Shown: positions 1 to 11,220, numbered from the stretch's first letter. The stretch is 64,000 bases of DNA from an uncultured Ruminococcus sp. (GCA_964530795.1 CAZHBX010000001.1:92-64091), one strand, 5' to 3'. Made by a program: numbers and translations. The notes: generated by a model not told the origin, from the sequence alone.

Positions 1-35
1 GGTACGGCGGGGGAACGAGTCCCCCCCGCCGTACC
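1..35. other. GC-rich perfect hairpin at window edge
   Basis: GGTACGGCGGGGG (1-13) is the exact reverse complement of CCCCCGCCGTACC (23-35), with a 9-nt loop. No T-tract is present and the function is unassigned. It may belong to a feature cut by the window edge. Confidence 0.5.
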
Positions 36-143
36 CCTGCGTCACAGTTAGCCGGCATTGGTCTGGAAAAAGTCGGAATCTACCTGCAAATTCGTTGGCA
101 AACGGAGATGTGAAAGTTTACGGTCTGTTTGCGATTGCAGCCG

Positions 144-174
144 AAAGAAATCGCCGCCCGGTTCCGGGCGGCGA
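144..174 (-). terminator. Rho-independent terminator of fba
   Basis: 10-bp stem TCGCCGCCCG/CGGGCGGCGA (151-160/165-174) with a 4-nt loop, followed on the minus strand by TTTCTTT. It lies about 20 nt after the fba stop. Confidence 0.75.
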
Positions 175-196
175 CATGAAAATTAGGAAAACGTGT

Positions 197-1135
197 TCAG
201 GCCTTGCCGTTGCAGCCGAGTACGTCGACCAACTTGTGGCGAACCAGTTCCTTGATGTTCGCTCTCGCCGGCTTGAGGTACTCTCTCGGGTCGAACTTAT
301 CCGGATGTTCGTTAAAGAACTTTCGGATCGTTCCGGTCATCGCCAGCCGCAGATCGGAATCGATGTTAATCTTGCAGACCGCGGAACGGGCCGCTTCGCG
401 GAGCTGATCCTCCGGGACACCGATGGCGCCGGGCATCGCGCCGCCGTTTTCGTTGATCATCTTGACGTATTCCTGCGGGACCGAGGACGACCCATGCAGG
501 ACGATCGGGAATCCAGGCAGGCGCTTCTCGCACTCGTGCAGCACGTCGAACCGGAGCTGCGGCTTCGTGCCGGGCTTGAACTTATAGGCCCCGTGGGAAG
601 TTCCGATGGCGATGGCAAGGGAATCGCAGCCGGTCTTGGAGACGAACTCCTCGACTTCCTCCGGATGGGTATAGGAGGCGTCGCCGGCCTTGACCTTGAC
701 CTCGTCCTCAATACCGGCAAGGGTGCCGAGCTCGGCCTCGACCACAACGCCGTGGGCGTGGGCATACTCAACGACCTTGCGGGTAATCTCAATGTTCTCC
801 GCGAAAGGCTTGGAGGAAGCATCGATCATAACGGAGGTAAAGCCGCCGTCGATGCAGGCCTTGCAGGTCTCAAAATCCGGGCCGTGATCCAGATGCAGGA
901 CGATCGGAATATCCGGGCACTCGATGACCGCCGCCTCGACGAGCTTGACGAGGTAGGTGTGGTTCGCGTAGGCACGGGCTCCCTTGGAGACCTGTAGAAT
1001 GACCGGGGCTTTCTCTTCGGCGCAGGCTTCGGTGATCCCCTGTACAATCTCCATGTTGTTGACATTGAAGGCGCCAATAGCGTAGCCGCCGCTGTAGGCC
1101 TTCTTAAACATTTCAGTGGATGTGACGAGTGGCAT
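197..1135 (-). CDS. fba: Class II fructose-1,6-bisphosphate aldolase
   Basis: Track ORF 197..1207 trimmed to ATG 1135 (MPLVTSTEMFKKA). Class II FBA hallmarks are present: AFNVNN, LHLDHG, VLHGSSSVPQE. Confidence 0.9.
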   Translation of the reverse strand: MPLVTSTEMFKKAYSGGYAIGAFNVNNMEIVQGITEACAEEKAPVILQVSKGARAYANHTYLVKLVEAAVIECPDIPIVLHLDHGPDFETCKACIDGGFTSVMIDASSKPFAENIEITRKVVEYAHAHGVVVEAELGTLAGIEDEVKVKAGDASYTHPEEVEEFVSKTGCDSLAIAIGTSHGAYKFKPGTKPQLRFDVLHECEKRLPGFPIVLHGSSSVPQEYVKMINENGGAMPGAIGVPEDQLREAARSAVCKINIDSDLRLAMTGTIRKFFNEHPDKFDPREYLKPARANIKELVRHKLVDVLGCNGKA

Positions 1136-1249
1136 TTGGTTTACTCCTTTGTTGCGTTTTTTGAATTTTTCCGCATTCAGTTTACCGCAAAGCGCCGGAA
1201 AAGTCAAGGGGTTTCGGCAAGAATTTCCATTTTTTTCGGCCCGCGGGGT

Positions 1250-2641
1250 TTATTCCTCGGTCTGCACGTACTCCGCCGCGCAGTAGCCGTCGTACCAAAG
1301 TCCCGGGGACGCGGTATAGCGGGCGTGGTACCAGACCGTGCCGTCCTCGGACGTGACTGGTTCCGGATCAAGGAAGTCGATGTGCGCCCCCTCTGGGATG
1401 GTCGTGACAACGTTATCCGCCCCAATGACGGGCGAGGAGCGCAGTTTCAGCCGCGTCGTCGTGCGCGGAAGCTCACCGGGCGTGACCGGCTGGGAGGTTT
1501 CGGACGACGAGCCCTCCGGCGTACTGACGGTCGGCCGAGAGGTTTCGGACGACGAGCCCTCCGGCGTGCTGCCGGTTGGCCCGGAGGAGACCGACGACGG
1601 GTCGCTCACGGTCCCGCTCACGTCGGCCGAGACGGCCGGTTCGCTGACAGGTGGAACGCTGACGTCCCCGGACGTCGCACCGGGCGGGACCGACCCCGGG
1701 TCGGACAGAGCACCGGAAGGCGCATCCGACGACGTCTCCTGCGACACGTAGCCGGTCGAGGACACGGACGACAGGTCGGAAGCGGGCGTCTTGGGCGAGG
1801 ACAGGAACCAATAGAGGATATAGGTCAGCGCTCCCGCGAACAGCACCCCGAGCAGAATGCAGATCCGGTTGATAACGACCGGGGACATCCTACCGCTCTT
1901 CCCCGCTTTGGGATTTTCGGCGGCCGGGATCGGGAACTCGACGGACTCCCCGTCCGCGATCCCCTCGCGAATGCGCTCCGTGACCCGTTCAGGCAAGTCA
2001 AAATTCTTCCCGCAGGTGCGCAGCAGCTTATCGAGGTACGGAGCAAACAGTTCGCCGTCGCCCGGGTTCTTCGCTTCAAGCGCGGCGCGAAGCGCTTCGT
2101 GCCCGCTGTACACCCGGCATTTGACCGTCTGCACCGAGCAGCCGACCATCCCGGCAACCTCCTCGACCGGGAAGCGGGCGTAGTCGTACAGCAGCACGCA
2201 GATGCGATCGGCGTCCGGCAGAGCGCGCAGGCTCTCCGTGACCGTGTCGAGGTGAGAACGGCGAACATTGATCTCCGCGGTGGCCTGCGGACTTTGGCGG
2301 TTCATGCCGTCGAACAGGGAGGGGTCGCCCTCGACTTCGTCAACCGTCACGCTGTTGCCGCGGATGCCTGCCAACGCAATCTTCGCGAAGTAGAACGCGT
2401 TCCCGCAGATCCAATGGTAGAACGACTGTTCCTCAGGAATCGAGCGCTGGCTGCGCCAGGCGTACAGGAAGACCGAGCGGGTCGCGTCGGCGGCGGCCTC
2501 CTCCTCCCCCAGCAGGCAGTAGCAAAAATAGTAAACCCGTTTTCCGTAGGTCGAATAGAGCGCTTCAAACGCTTCCTCCGCACCCTCGCCGCCCGCGCGC
2601 AGACGAGCGGTGAGCCCGGCGATTCGTTCCGATTCCGTCAT
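1250..2641 (-). CDS. Sigma-70/ECF-type sigma factor fused to a TM helix, an S/T/P-rich linker and a C-terminal SH3b-like domain
   Basis: The N-terminal ~190 aa look like sigma regions 2 and 4 (YYFCYCLLGEEE..AADATRSVFLYAW; LPDADRICVLLYDYARFPVEEVAGMVGCSVQTVKCRVYSGHEAL). One hydrophobic helix follows (VVINRICILLGVLFAGALTYILYWFL), then about 120 aa of Ser/Pro/Thr-rich sequence. The C-terminus (LKLRSSPVIG..WYHARY..GYCAAEYV) is SH3b-like. I chose the ATG at 2641 because the ATG at 2686 abuts the -10 box. Confidence 0.75.
   Translation of the reverse strand: MTESERIAGLTARLRAGGEGAEEAFEALYSTYGKRVYYFCYCLLGEEEAAADATRSVFLYAWRSQRSIPEEQSFYHWICGNAFYFAKIALAGIRGNSVTVDEVEGDPSLFDGMNRQSPQATAEINVRRSHLDTVTESLRALPDADRICVLLYDYARFPVEEVAGMVGCSVQTVKCRVYSGHEALRAALEAKNPGDGELFAPYLDKLLRTCGKNFDLPERVTERIREGIADGESVEFPIPAAENPKAGKSGRMSPVVINRICILLGVLFAGALTYILYWFLSSPKTPASDLSSVSSTGYVSQETSSDAPSGALSDPGSVPPGATSGDVSVPPVSEPAVSADVSGTVSDPSSVSSGPTGSTPEGSSSETSRPTVSTPEGSSSETSQPVTPGELPRTTTRLKLRSSPVIGADNVVTTIPEGAHIDFLDPEPVTSEDGTVWYHARYTASPGLWYDGYCAAEYVQTEE
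1494..1567. repeat. In-frame 45-bp-period direct repeat in the linker of the sigma fusion
   Basis: The 29-bp unit GAGGTTTCGGACGACGAGCCCTCCGGCGT occurs at 1494-1522 and 1539-1567. On the minus strand it encodes the duplicated peptide STPEGSSSETS. Confidence 0.9.
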
Positions 2642-2686
2642 GACAATATTCCTTTCCAAGAATCCTTCCGATGTCTTTTCCTTCAT

Positions 2687-2714
2687 ATTATACTGATTTT
2701 CCGCAATCTGTCAA
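2687..2714 (-). promoter_or_regulatory. Sigma-A type promoter of the sigma-fusion gene
   Basis: Minus strand: TTGACA (2714-2709), 16-nt spacer, TATAAT (2692-2687). Confidence 0.7.
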
Positions 2715-2795
2715 GCACAGAGTGTAAACAATTCCTGAAAATATCGCCTTTGAATGAAAATATTTCGGCTTTTACGGAAATTTCGAAAAAAGCGG

Positions 2796-2824
2796 TTGAT
2801 TTTTCAGCCCATGTGTGATAGAAT
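2796..2824 (+). promoter_or_regulatory. Sigma-A type promoter of the PFK gene
   Basis: TTGATT (2796-2801), 17-nt spacer, TGaTAGAAT extended -10 (2816-2824). This places the track-ORF ATG at 2828 at the transcription start, not in the coding region. Confidence 0.65.
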
Positions 2825-2881
2825 AGAATGGATATCGTAAGAGAAAACATCCAAAAAAGAAAAAAGGAAACGGTGAACACA

Positions 2882-4129
2882 ATGAGCGCACTCAGAGGCG
2901 CGGCGGTGATCGGTCAGTCCGGCGGACCGACCTCGGTCATCAACGCATCCGCTTACGGCTGTATCAAGACAGCGCTGGAAAACGAAAACATTACGAAGGT
3001 CTACGGAATGTGCAACGGCATTAAGGGCCTGCTCGATGACAAGCTTTTCGTCATGGACGAGGAGGATCCGGCCGAGCTGGCGTTGATGAAAACCACCCCG
3101 TCCTCCGCCCTTGGCTCCTGCCGCTACAAGCTCAAGGACGCGTCGGTCGACGAGACCGATTACAAGCGCATCCTTGAGATTTTCCAAAAGCGCAACATCC
3201 GCTACTTCTTTTACAACGGCGGGAACGATTCGATGGACACCTGCAACAAGGTCTCCAAATATATGCTCGCGCACGGCTATGCGTGCCGCGTGATGGGCAT
3301 TCCGAAGACCATTGACAACGACCTCGCCGGAACCGACCACTGCCCCGGCTACGCGTCCGCCGCGAAGTACATCGCCACGTCCCTGATGGAGATCTACCAC
3401 GACGCGCGGGTGTACGATACCGGGATGATTACGGTCGTCGAGATCATGGGCCGCAATGCCGGCTGGCTGACGGCTTCCGCCGCCCTCGCTTGCGTGAAGG
3501 GGCAGGGTCCGGATCTGATCTATTGCCCGGAGAACGATTTCGACCTGCCGGCCTTCCTCGCGAAGGTGCAGTCGATCTACGCAAAGAACGGCAAGTGCAT
3601 CGTCGCCGTCTCCGAGGGCATCCACGACAAGGACGGCAAGTACATTTCCGAGTACGGCAACGACCTGTCCAACGCACGCGACGGGTTCGGCCACGCGCAG
3701 CTCGGCGGGCTGGCGTCCTACCTCGCCAACGAACTGAAGAAAGCCACCGGCGCGAAGGTCCGCGGGATCGAGCTTTCGCTTCTACAGCGCTGTGCGGCGC
3801 ACTGCGCCTCGAAAACGGACATCGAGGAGTCCTTCAACGCCGGGAAGACCGCGGTCGAAAAGGCGGTCGAGGGCATGACTGACAAGATGGTCGGCTTTGT
3901 GCGGGAGACCGTCAACGGCAAGTACGTCTGCAAGTACGAACTGTTTGACCTGACCGTCGTCGCCAACGCCGAAAAGAAGATCCCGGCCGACTGGTTCAAC
4001 GAGACTAAGGACGGTATGAACGAGAAGTTCGTCGCCTATGCGCTCCCGCTGATCCAAGGGGAGACCGATCTGCCGAAGGAGGACGGTCTGCCGAGGTTCG
4101 TCCGCCTCAAGAAAGTCCTCGCAAAGTAA
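2882..4129 (+). CDS. pfp: Phosphofructokinase, predicted pyrophosphate-dependent (PPi-PFK)
   Basis: PFK-family sequence (GQSGGPTSVINAS, GIPKTIDNDL, MGRNAGWL). GGNDS and PKTIDND carry Asp and Lys at the two positions that distinguish PPi- from ATP-dependent PFKs. Start moved to ATG 2882 (MSALRG) downstream of the promoter. Confidence 0.85.
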   Translation: MSALRGAAVIGQSGGPTSVINASAYGCIKTALENENITKVYGMCNGIKGLLDDKLFVMDEEDPAELALMKTTPSSALGSCRYKLKDASVDETDYKRILEIFQKRNIRYFFYNGGNDSMDTCNKVSKYMLAHGYACRVMGIPKTIDNDLAGTDHCPGYASAAKYIATSLMEIYHDARVYDTGMITVVEIMGRNAGWLTASAALACVKGQGPDLIYCPENDFDLPAFLAKVQSIYAKNGKCIVAVSEGIHDKDGKYISEYGNDLSNARDGFGHAQLGGLASYLANELKKATGAKVRGIELSLLQRCAAHCASKTDIEESFNAGKTAVEKAVEGMTDKMVGFVRETVNGKYVCKYELFDLTVVANAEKKIPADWFNETKDGMNEKFVAYALPLIQGETDLPKEDGLPRFVRLKKVLAK

Positions 4130-4341
4130 CAAGCACAATGGAAGAATCGGCGTTCCCCATCGCCCGTTTGCCGGAGAACGTCGGTTTTTGCTTCCATAAG
4201 GGGAGAATATGACGCGCACGACCATTACGAAATTCCCGCCGCATCTCCGGCAGATGGAATTGCTGCCCGCCGCTGCCGGAACGGCGGGTGCACCGTCGAA
4301 TCCGTCCCCTATGCACCAAGGAAAGGAAGGGACACCCCCCG

Positions 4342-5037
4342 CTATTCCAGCGCGAGACGGAGTTTTTCCAGCACCTTCTTTTCCATCCGGCTGACCTTGA
4401 CCTGCGTCATGCCGAGAAGTTCGCCAACCTTTTGCTGCGAAAGTCCGCGGTAGAACCGCAGCAGCACCAGCTGCTTCTCCTGCGCGGGCAACTCCTGGAT
4501 CGCCTGCCGCAGGGCCTCCCGCTCGCAAAGCTCGGAAATGTTATCCGTGCCGATAAGGTCCTCGAGCGCACGCTCCCCTACCGGCTCGGAAAAGGACAGC
4601 ACGGCGTTGCCGGCGTCGAGTCCCTCGACCGCCTCCTCAACCGTGCACCCGCAGTAGGCCGCAAGCTCCGTCACCGTCGGCTCGCAGCCGTTTTCCGCCG
4701 TGTACTCCTCCCGCTTCCGCAGCAAAAAAGCCCCCTTCTGCCGTAGATCCCGGCTGACCTTGATCATGCCGTCGTCCCGCAGAAAGCGCTTGATTTCCCC
4801 GATGATCAGCGGGACGGCATAGGTTGAAAAGGCCGTGCCGAGGGAGGTGTCGAAGTTGCGAATGGCTTTAAGCATCCCGATCGCCCCGAGCTGGCATAGG
4901 TCGTCGAACTCGACCCCCCGCCCGAGGAACCGGGCCGCAACCGATTTGACCAGCCCCATGTTCTCCCGCACCAGCGCGTCCTCGGCAGCCGAATCGCCCG
5001 AACGCGCACGGTCGAGAAGTTCCGGCGGGTTTTTCAT
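4342..5037 (-). CDS. sigF: Sporulation sigma factor F
   Basis: 231 aa from MKNPPELLDRARSGD. It has sigma-70 regions 2-4 and lies immediately after spoIIAB with a 4-nt ATGA overlap. The track ORF 4342..5466 runs on through spoIIAB in another frame. Confidence 0.9.
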   Translation of the reverse strand: MKNPPELLDRARSGDSAAEDALVRENMGLVKSVAARFLGRGVEFDDLCQLGAIGMLKAIRNFDTSLGTAFSTYAVPLIIGEIKRFLRDDGMIKVSRDLRQKGAFLLRKREEYTAENGCEPTVTELAAYCGCTVEEAVEGLDAGNAVLSFSEPVGERALEDLIGTDNISELCEREALRQAIQELPAQEKQLVLLRFYRGLSQQKVGELLGMTQVKVSRMEKKVLEKLRLALE

Positions 5038-5489
5038 CGCCCGACTTGCTTTTCGAGCACGACGGTCGTTCCCTTCCCCACGGTGGAACGCACCCGCAGT
5101 CTGTCCGTGAAGCTCTCCATGACGGTAAAGCCCATCCCGCTCCGCTCCCCTTCCGCGTCGGTCGTGTAGAGCGGCGTGCGGGCGAGGGCGACGTCCGGAA
5201 TGCCTCTGCCTTTGTCCTTGACCGTGATGCGGAGCAGACCCCCCGTCGTGCAGGTCGCCGTGATGTAAATCGGACAGTCCGCCTTGCAGTCGACGTCGCG
5301 ATAGGCGTGCACGATGCAGTTCGTGACCGCTTCGCTGACCGCCGTCTTCAGGTCGGACAGGACGCTGACCGGCGGGTCTAACTGGGCGACAAAGGCGGCG
5401 ACCGCCATCCGCGCGAATCCCTCGTTGATGCTCCTCGCCGGAAAAACGCATTTCATGCTGTTGCAAATCGGATCAGCTTGCTTTGCCAT
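5034..5489 (-). CDS. spoIIAB: Anti-sigma F factor (serine protein kinase)
   Basis: GHKL-type kinase motifs (EAVTNCIVHAY, DKGRGIP, GMGF) in the conserved spoIIAA-AB-sigF order. An AAAGGAG RBS lies 8 nt upstream of ATG 5489. Confidence 0.9.
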   Translation of the reverse strand: MAKQADPICNSMKCVFPARSINEGFARMAVAAFVAQLDPPVSVLSDLKTAVSEAVTNCIVHAYRDVDCKADCPIYITATCTTGGLLRITVKDKGRGIPDVALARTPLYTTDAEGERSGMGFTVMESFTDRLRVRSTVGKGTTVVLEKQVGR

Positions 5490-5805
5490 TTCCGTTGCTC
5501 CTTTCGATGCGGAGTAGCTTGTCCATCCCCGCGATGTTGAGAATTTTCATGACCGCCTCCGACGGGTCCTCCAAGATTAGCGCCGTGTCCTGCGTCGCGC
5601 ACTTGCGCATACGCCCCATCACCAGCCCCAGCCCGGAGGAATCGCAGAAGGTCACACCGGACAGGTTGAAGTAGAACACCCCCGGCAGCTCGGTCTCCAA
5701 GATCCGGTCGATGCGGGTGCGGACTTCCGCCGCATTGTGGTGATCGATCTCCCCGCGCAGATACAGCCGCAGCTTGTCCCCGTTTTTTTCTGTGGAAAAG
5801 TTCAT
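5473..5805 (-). CDS. spoIIAA: Anti-sigma F factor antagonist (STAS domain)
   Basis: 110-aa STAS protein with the phosphorylatable DSSGLG motif. It is the first gene of the spoIIA operon. Confidence 0.9.
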   Translation of the reverse strand: MNFSTEKNGDKLRLYLRGEIDHHNAAEVRTRIDRILETELPGVFYFNLSGVTFCDSSGLGLVMGRMRKCATQDTALILEDPSEAVMKILNIAGMDKLLRIERSNGNGKAS

Positions 5806-5908
5806 CCCGTCGCCTCTCCTTTCGTTTTCCTGTTCAGTATAGCAGAACCCTCACACCGATTTTGTCAAAACTCGTCGGGTGAGCGAAAATTCCGAAAGTT
5901 TTTTAAAA

Positions 5909-5935
5909 TCAGCACTCCAAAGTATAGAGTGCTAA
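5909..5935 (+). promoter_or_regulatory. CIRCE (HrcA operator) inverted repeat upstream of clpB
   Basis: TCAGCACTC-N9-GAGTGCTAA matches 17 of 18 positions of the consensus TTAGCACTC-N9-GAGTGCTAA. It lies about 115 nt upstream of the clpB ATG. Confidence 0.75.
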
Positions 5936-6050
5936 AATTCATTAAATAGACATAAAATAAACTCGAAATATTCATAATAATTGGGTATACTACCATTGGG
6001 TTGGAAAGAATCTTGTCTGAAAAAAGCAGTTTTCGGGAAGGAGTGCTATT

Positions 6051-8624
<2,574 letters not shown>

Positions 8625-8651
8625 GAACTGCAAGGAGTCCGTGCGGGGAAA

Positions 8652-8673
8652 GTGACCCCGCCGGGTCGCTTTT
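8652..8673 (+). terminator. Rho-independent terminator of clpB
   Basis: Stem GTGACCC/GGGTCGC (one G-U pair) with loop CGCC, followed by TTTT. It lies 28 nt after the clpB stop. Confidence 0.65.
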
Positions 8674-8785
8674 AACAGGACATCCCCACCGAATTACCGG
8701 CAAGCCGGGGAATTTGCGGAACGGGGGTGGGGGAAACGGGTTTTCCCCCCAACGTCCCCCTCTACGTAAAAAGGAGATGAAACGC

Positions 8786-9397
8786 ATGGACTTAACAGAA
8801 CTGCACGAACGAATGGCGGACGGTCGGCTGTACCTGCCTACGGACAAGGCGCTGCAAAAAGAGCAGCTCGACCGGCTGGAGCTGCTATACGACTATAACG
8901 CGACAAGACCGCACGAAGCGGAGAAGCGGACGGAACTGCTGAAGAAGATGTTCCGGGAAATCGGGGACGGATGCTACATCGAGCCGCCGTTCCACGCGAG
9001 CTGGGCGGGCAGGTACGTCACGTTCGGGAAGAACGTATACGCGAACTTCAACCTAACGCTGGTCGACGACGGGGAAATCACGGTCGGGGATTGCTGCATG
9101 TTCGGGCCGAACGTCACGGTCGCGACCGGCGGGCACCCGGTGGAGCCGTCGCTCCGCGCGCGGGCGTACCAGTATAACCTGCCGGTGCACATCGGGCGAA
9201 ACGTCTGGATCGGCGCGGGTGCTGTGCTGCTGCCGGGCGTGACGGTCGGGGACAATACCGTCGTCGGCGCGGGCAGCGTCGTGACAAAAGACCTGCCCGC
9301 GAACGTCGTCGCCGTCGGAAACCCCTGCCGCGTTCTGCGCGAGATTTCCGAGCGGGACCGTCTGTTCTATCGCCCCGGCCGCCCGATTGACGTCTGA
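8786..9397 (+). CDS. Maltose/galactoside O-acetyltransferase family (hexapeptide-repeat acetyltransferase)
   Basis: LYLPTD..L..ER motif at the N-terminus and left-handed beta-helix hexapeptide repeats (IGRNVWIGAGAVLLPGVTVGDNTVVGAGSVV). ATG 8786 was chosen because AAGGAG lies 9 nt upstream. The track ORF starts at 8594, inside the clpB 3' end. Confidence 0.8.
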   Translation: MDLTELHERMADGRLYLPTDKALQKEQLDRLELLYDYNATRPHEAEKRTELLKKMFREIGDGCYIEPPFHASWAGRYVTFGKNVYANFNLTLVDDGEITVGDCCMFGPNVTVATGGHPVEPSLRARAYQYNLPVHIGRNVWIGAGAVLLPGVTVGDNTVVGAGSVVTKDLPANVVAVGNPCRVLREISERDRLFYRPGRPIDV

Positions 9398-9455
9398 TTT
9401 TCCAAAAATTTCCGCAGAAAAAGAAAAATAGTTTTGCCTGTTCCGCTAAATCCTA

Positions 9456-9484
9456 TTGACAAGGTGGGTTTTATGTGATATACT
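9456..9484 (+). promoter_or_regulatory. Sigma-A type promoter of nifS-nifU
   Basis: TTGACA (9456-9461), 17-nt spacer, TGaTATACT extended -10 (9476-9484). Confidence 0.7.
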
Positions 9485-9525
9485 GCGTGTGAAAAGAAGA
9501 ACAAAGGAGTGGAAAGCGGAACCGT

Positions 9526-10728
9526 ATGGAGGAGAAAGCAAAACGAATTTACCTAGACCATGCCGCGACGACGGCGATGAGCAGGCGGTCGGTCGAGGCG
9601 ATGCTACCGTTCCTAACGGAGGAATACGGCAACCCGTCGAGCCTGCACACGACCGGGCAGAAGGCGAAGGAAGCGCTGGAAGGCGCCCGCGGGGAACTTG
9701 CCCGACTGCTGGGCGCGACGGCGAAGGAACTGACCTTCACGTCCGGCGGGAGCGAGGCGGACAACCAAGCTCTCCGGACCGCGGCGATGTGGGGCAAGCG
9801 GAAGGGCAAAACACACATCATTTCGACGGCGTTCGAGCACCACGCCGTCCTGCACACGCTCGAACAGCTCGGCCGGGAAGGGTTTGAAATCACCCTGCTG
9901 GACGTACACGAGAACGGACTGGTGACGGCCGAGGAGGTCCGCGCGGCAATCCGGCCGAACACGTGTCTGGTCAGCGTGATGTACGCGAACAACGAGATCG
10001 GAACGATCCAGCCAATTGCGGAGATCGGAAAAGTCTGCCGGGAGGCGGGGGTGCTGTTCCACACCGACGCCGTACAGGCTGCGGGGCACCTGCCGATCGA
10101 CGTGCAGGAACAGAACATCGACCTGCTCTGCATCTCGGCGCACAAATTCCACGGCCCGAAAGGAGTCGGACTGCTGTACTGTCGCAAGGACATCCCGCTC
10201 GCGACGCTGGTCGAAGGCGGCGCGCAGGAACGCGGGAAGCGCGCAGGGACGGAAAACGTCGCCGGGGCCGTCGCGATGACGGCCGCGCTGCGCGAGGCGG
10301 TTGATAACATGGAGCGGAATACCGCCTACGTCGGCAGACTGCGGGACCGGCTGATCGACGGGCTGCGCAAGATCCCGCACAGCGCCCTCAACGGTGACCG
10401 CGCGTCGCGACTGCCGGGGAACGTCAACTTCTGCTTTGAGGGCATAGAGGGCGAGTCGCTGCTGTTGCTGCTGGACCAGAAGGGCATCTGTGCTTCGTCC
10501 GGGTCCGCCTGCACGTCCGGTTCGCTGGACCCGAGCCATGTCCTGCTCGCAATCGGGCGGCCGCACGAGGTCGCGCACGGGTCGCTGCGGTTAACGCTGG
10601 ACGCGGAGAACACCGATGAAGAAGTGGACGAGGTCCTGCGCTGGGTCCCGTGGGCAGTCGAAAAGCTGCGCGGGATGTCCCCAGTCTGGAAAGAGCTCGT
10701 GGCAGGCGAAAAGCAGTTCCTGCTGTGA
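9526..10728 (+). CDS. nifS: Cysteine desulfurase, NifS type
   Basis: Class V aminotransferase fold with the PLP lysine motif SAHKFHGPKG and the catalytic loop SSGSACTSG. It is followed by the scaffold gene. Confidence 0.9.
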   Translation: MEEKAKRIYLDHAATTAMSRRSVEAMLPFLTEEYGNPSSLHTTGQKAKEALEGARGELARLLGATAKELTFTSGGSEADNQALRTAAMWGKRKGKTHIISTAFEHHAVLHTLEQLGREGFEITLLDVHENGLVTAEEVRAAIRPNTCLVSVMYANNEIGTIQPIAEIGKVCREAGVLFHTDAVQAAGHLPIDVQEQNIDLLCISAHKFHGPKGVGLLYCRKDIPLATLVEGGAQERGKRAGTENVAGAVAMTAALREAVDNMERNTAYVGRLRDRLIDGLRKIPHSALNGDRASRLPGNVNFCFEGIEGESLLLLLDQKGICASSGSACTSGSLDPSHVLLAIGRPHEVAHGSLRLTLDAENTDEEVDEVLRWVPWAVEKLRGMSPVWKELVAGEKQFLL

Positions 10729-10755
10729 TTTTGTCGAAAGGATGGACGAATTTCT

Positions 10756-11160
10756 ATGGCACTCTACAGTGAAAAAGTGATGGACCACTTCACCAACCCG
10801 CGCAACGTCGGCAGCATCCCGGACGCCAACGGCATCGGCGAGGTCGGCAACGCCCGCTGCGGCGACATCATGAAAATTTACCTCAAGATTGAAAACGAAA
10901 TCATCGTTGACGTAAAGTTCGAAACGTTTGGCTGCGGTTCCGCGATCGCCTCGAGCTCAATGGCGACCGAAATGATCAAGGGCAAGCCTGTCAGCCAAGC
11001 GCTCGAGCTGACCAACAAGGCCATCGCGGAAGCACTCGACGGGCTGCCCGCCCACAAACTGCACTGCTCCGTCCTGGCCGAGGAGGCTATCCGCGCCGCC
11101 ATCGACGACTACAATAAGCGTTCGGGCAAAACGTCCGAAACGCCTGCTGCAGAAAGCTAA
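10756..11160 (+). CDS. nifU: Fe-S cluster assembly scaffold, NifU/IscU type
   Basis: Three conserved cluster cysteines in the expected context (GNARCGD, FGCGSAIASS, LHCSVLAE). Confidence 0.9.
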   Translation: MALYSEKVMDHFTNPRNVGSIPDANGIGEVGNARCGDIMKIYLKIENEIIVDVKFETFGCGSAIASSSMATEMIKGKPVSQALELTNKAIAEALDGLPAHKLHCSVLAEEAIRAAIDDYNKRSGKTSETPAAES

Positions 11161-11220
11161 AATCCTTGCGTGAGAGGTACGTGCGGGGGTACCGGCAACC
11201 CCTGGCACCCCGGCGTCTGC

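Noticed and set aside
1136-2818. 560-aa plus-strand ORF
   Set aside because: It is antisense to the sigma-fusion gene and spans two promoters. It is extremely Arg-rich and no domain is recognisable.
5806-5900. Sigma-H promoter expected upstream of spoIIAA
   Set aside because: I found no convincing match to the sigma-H -35/-10 pattern by eye. Only an extended -10-like TGcTATACT is present (minus strand, about 5839-5847), which is not enough to call.
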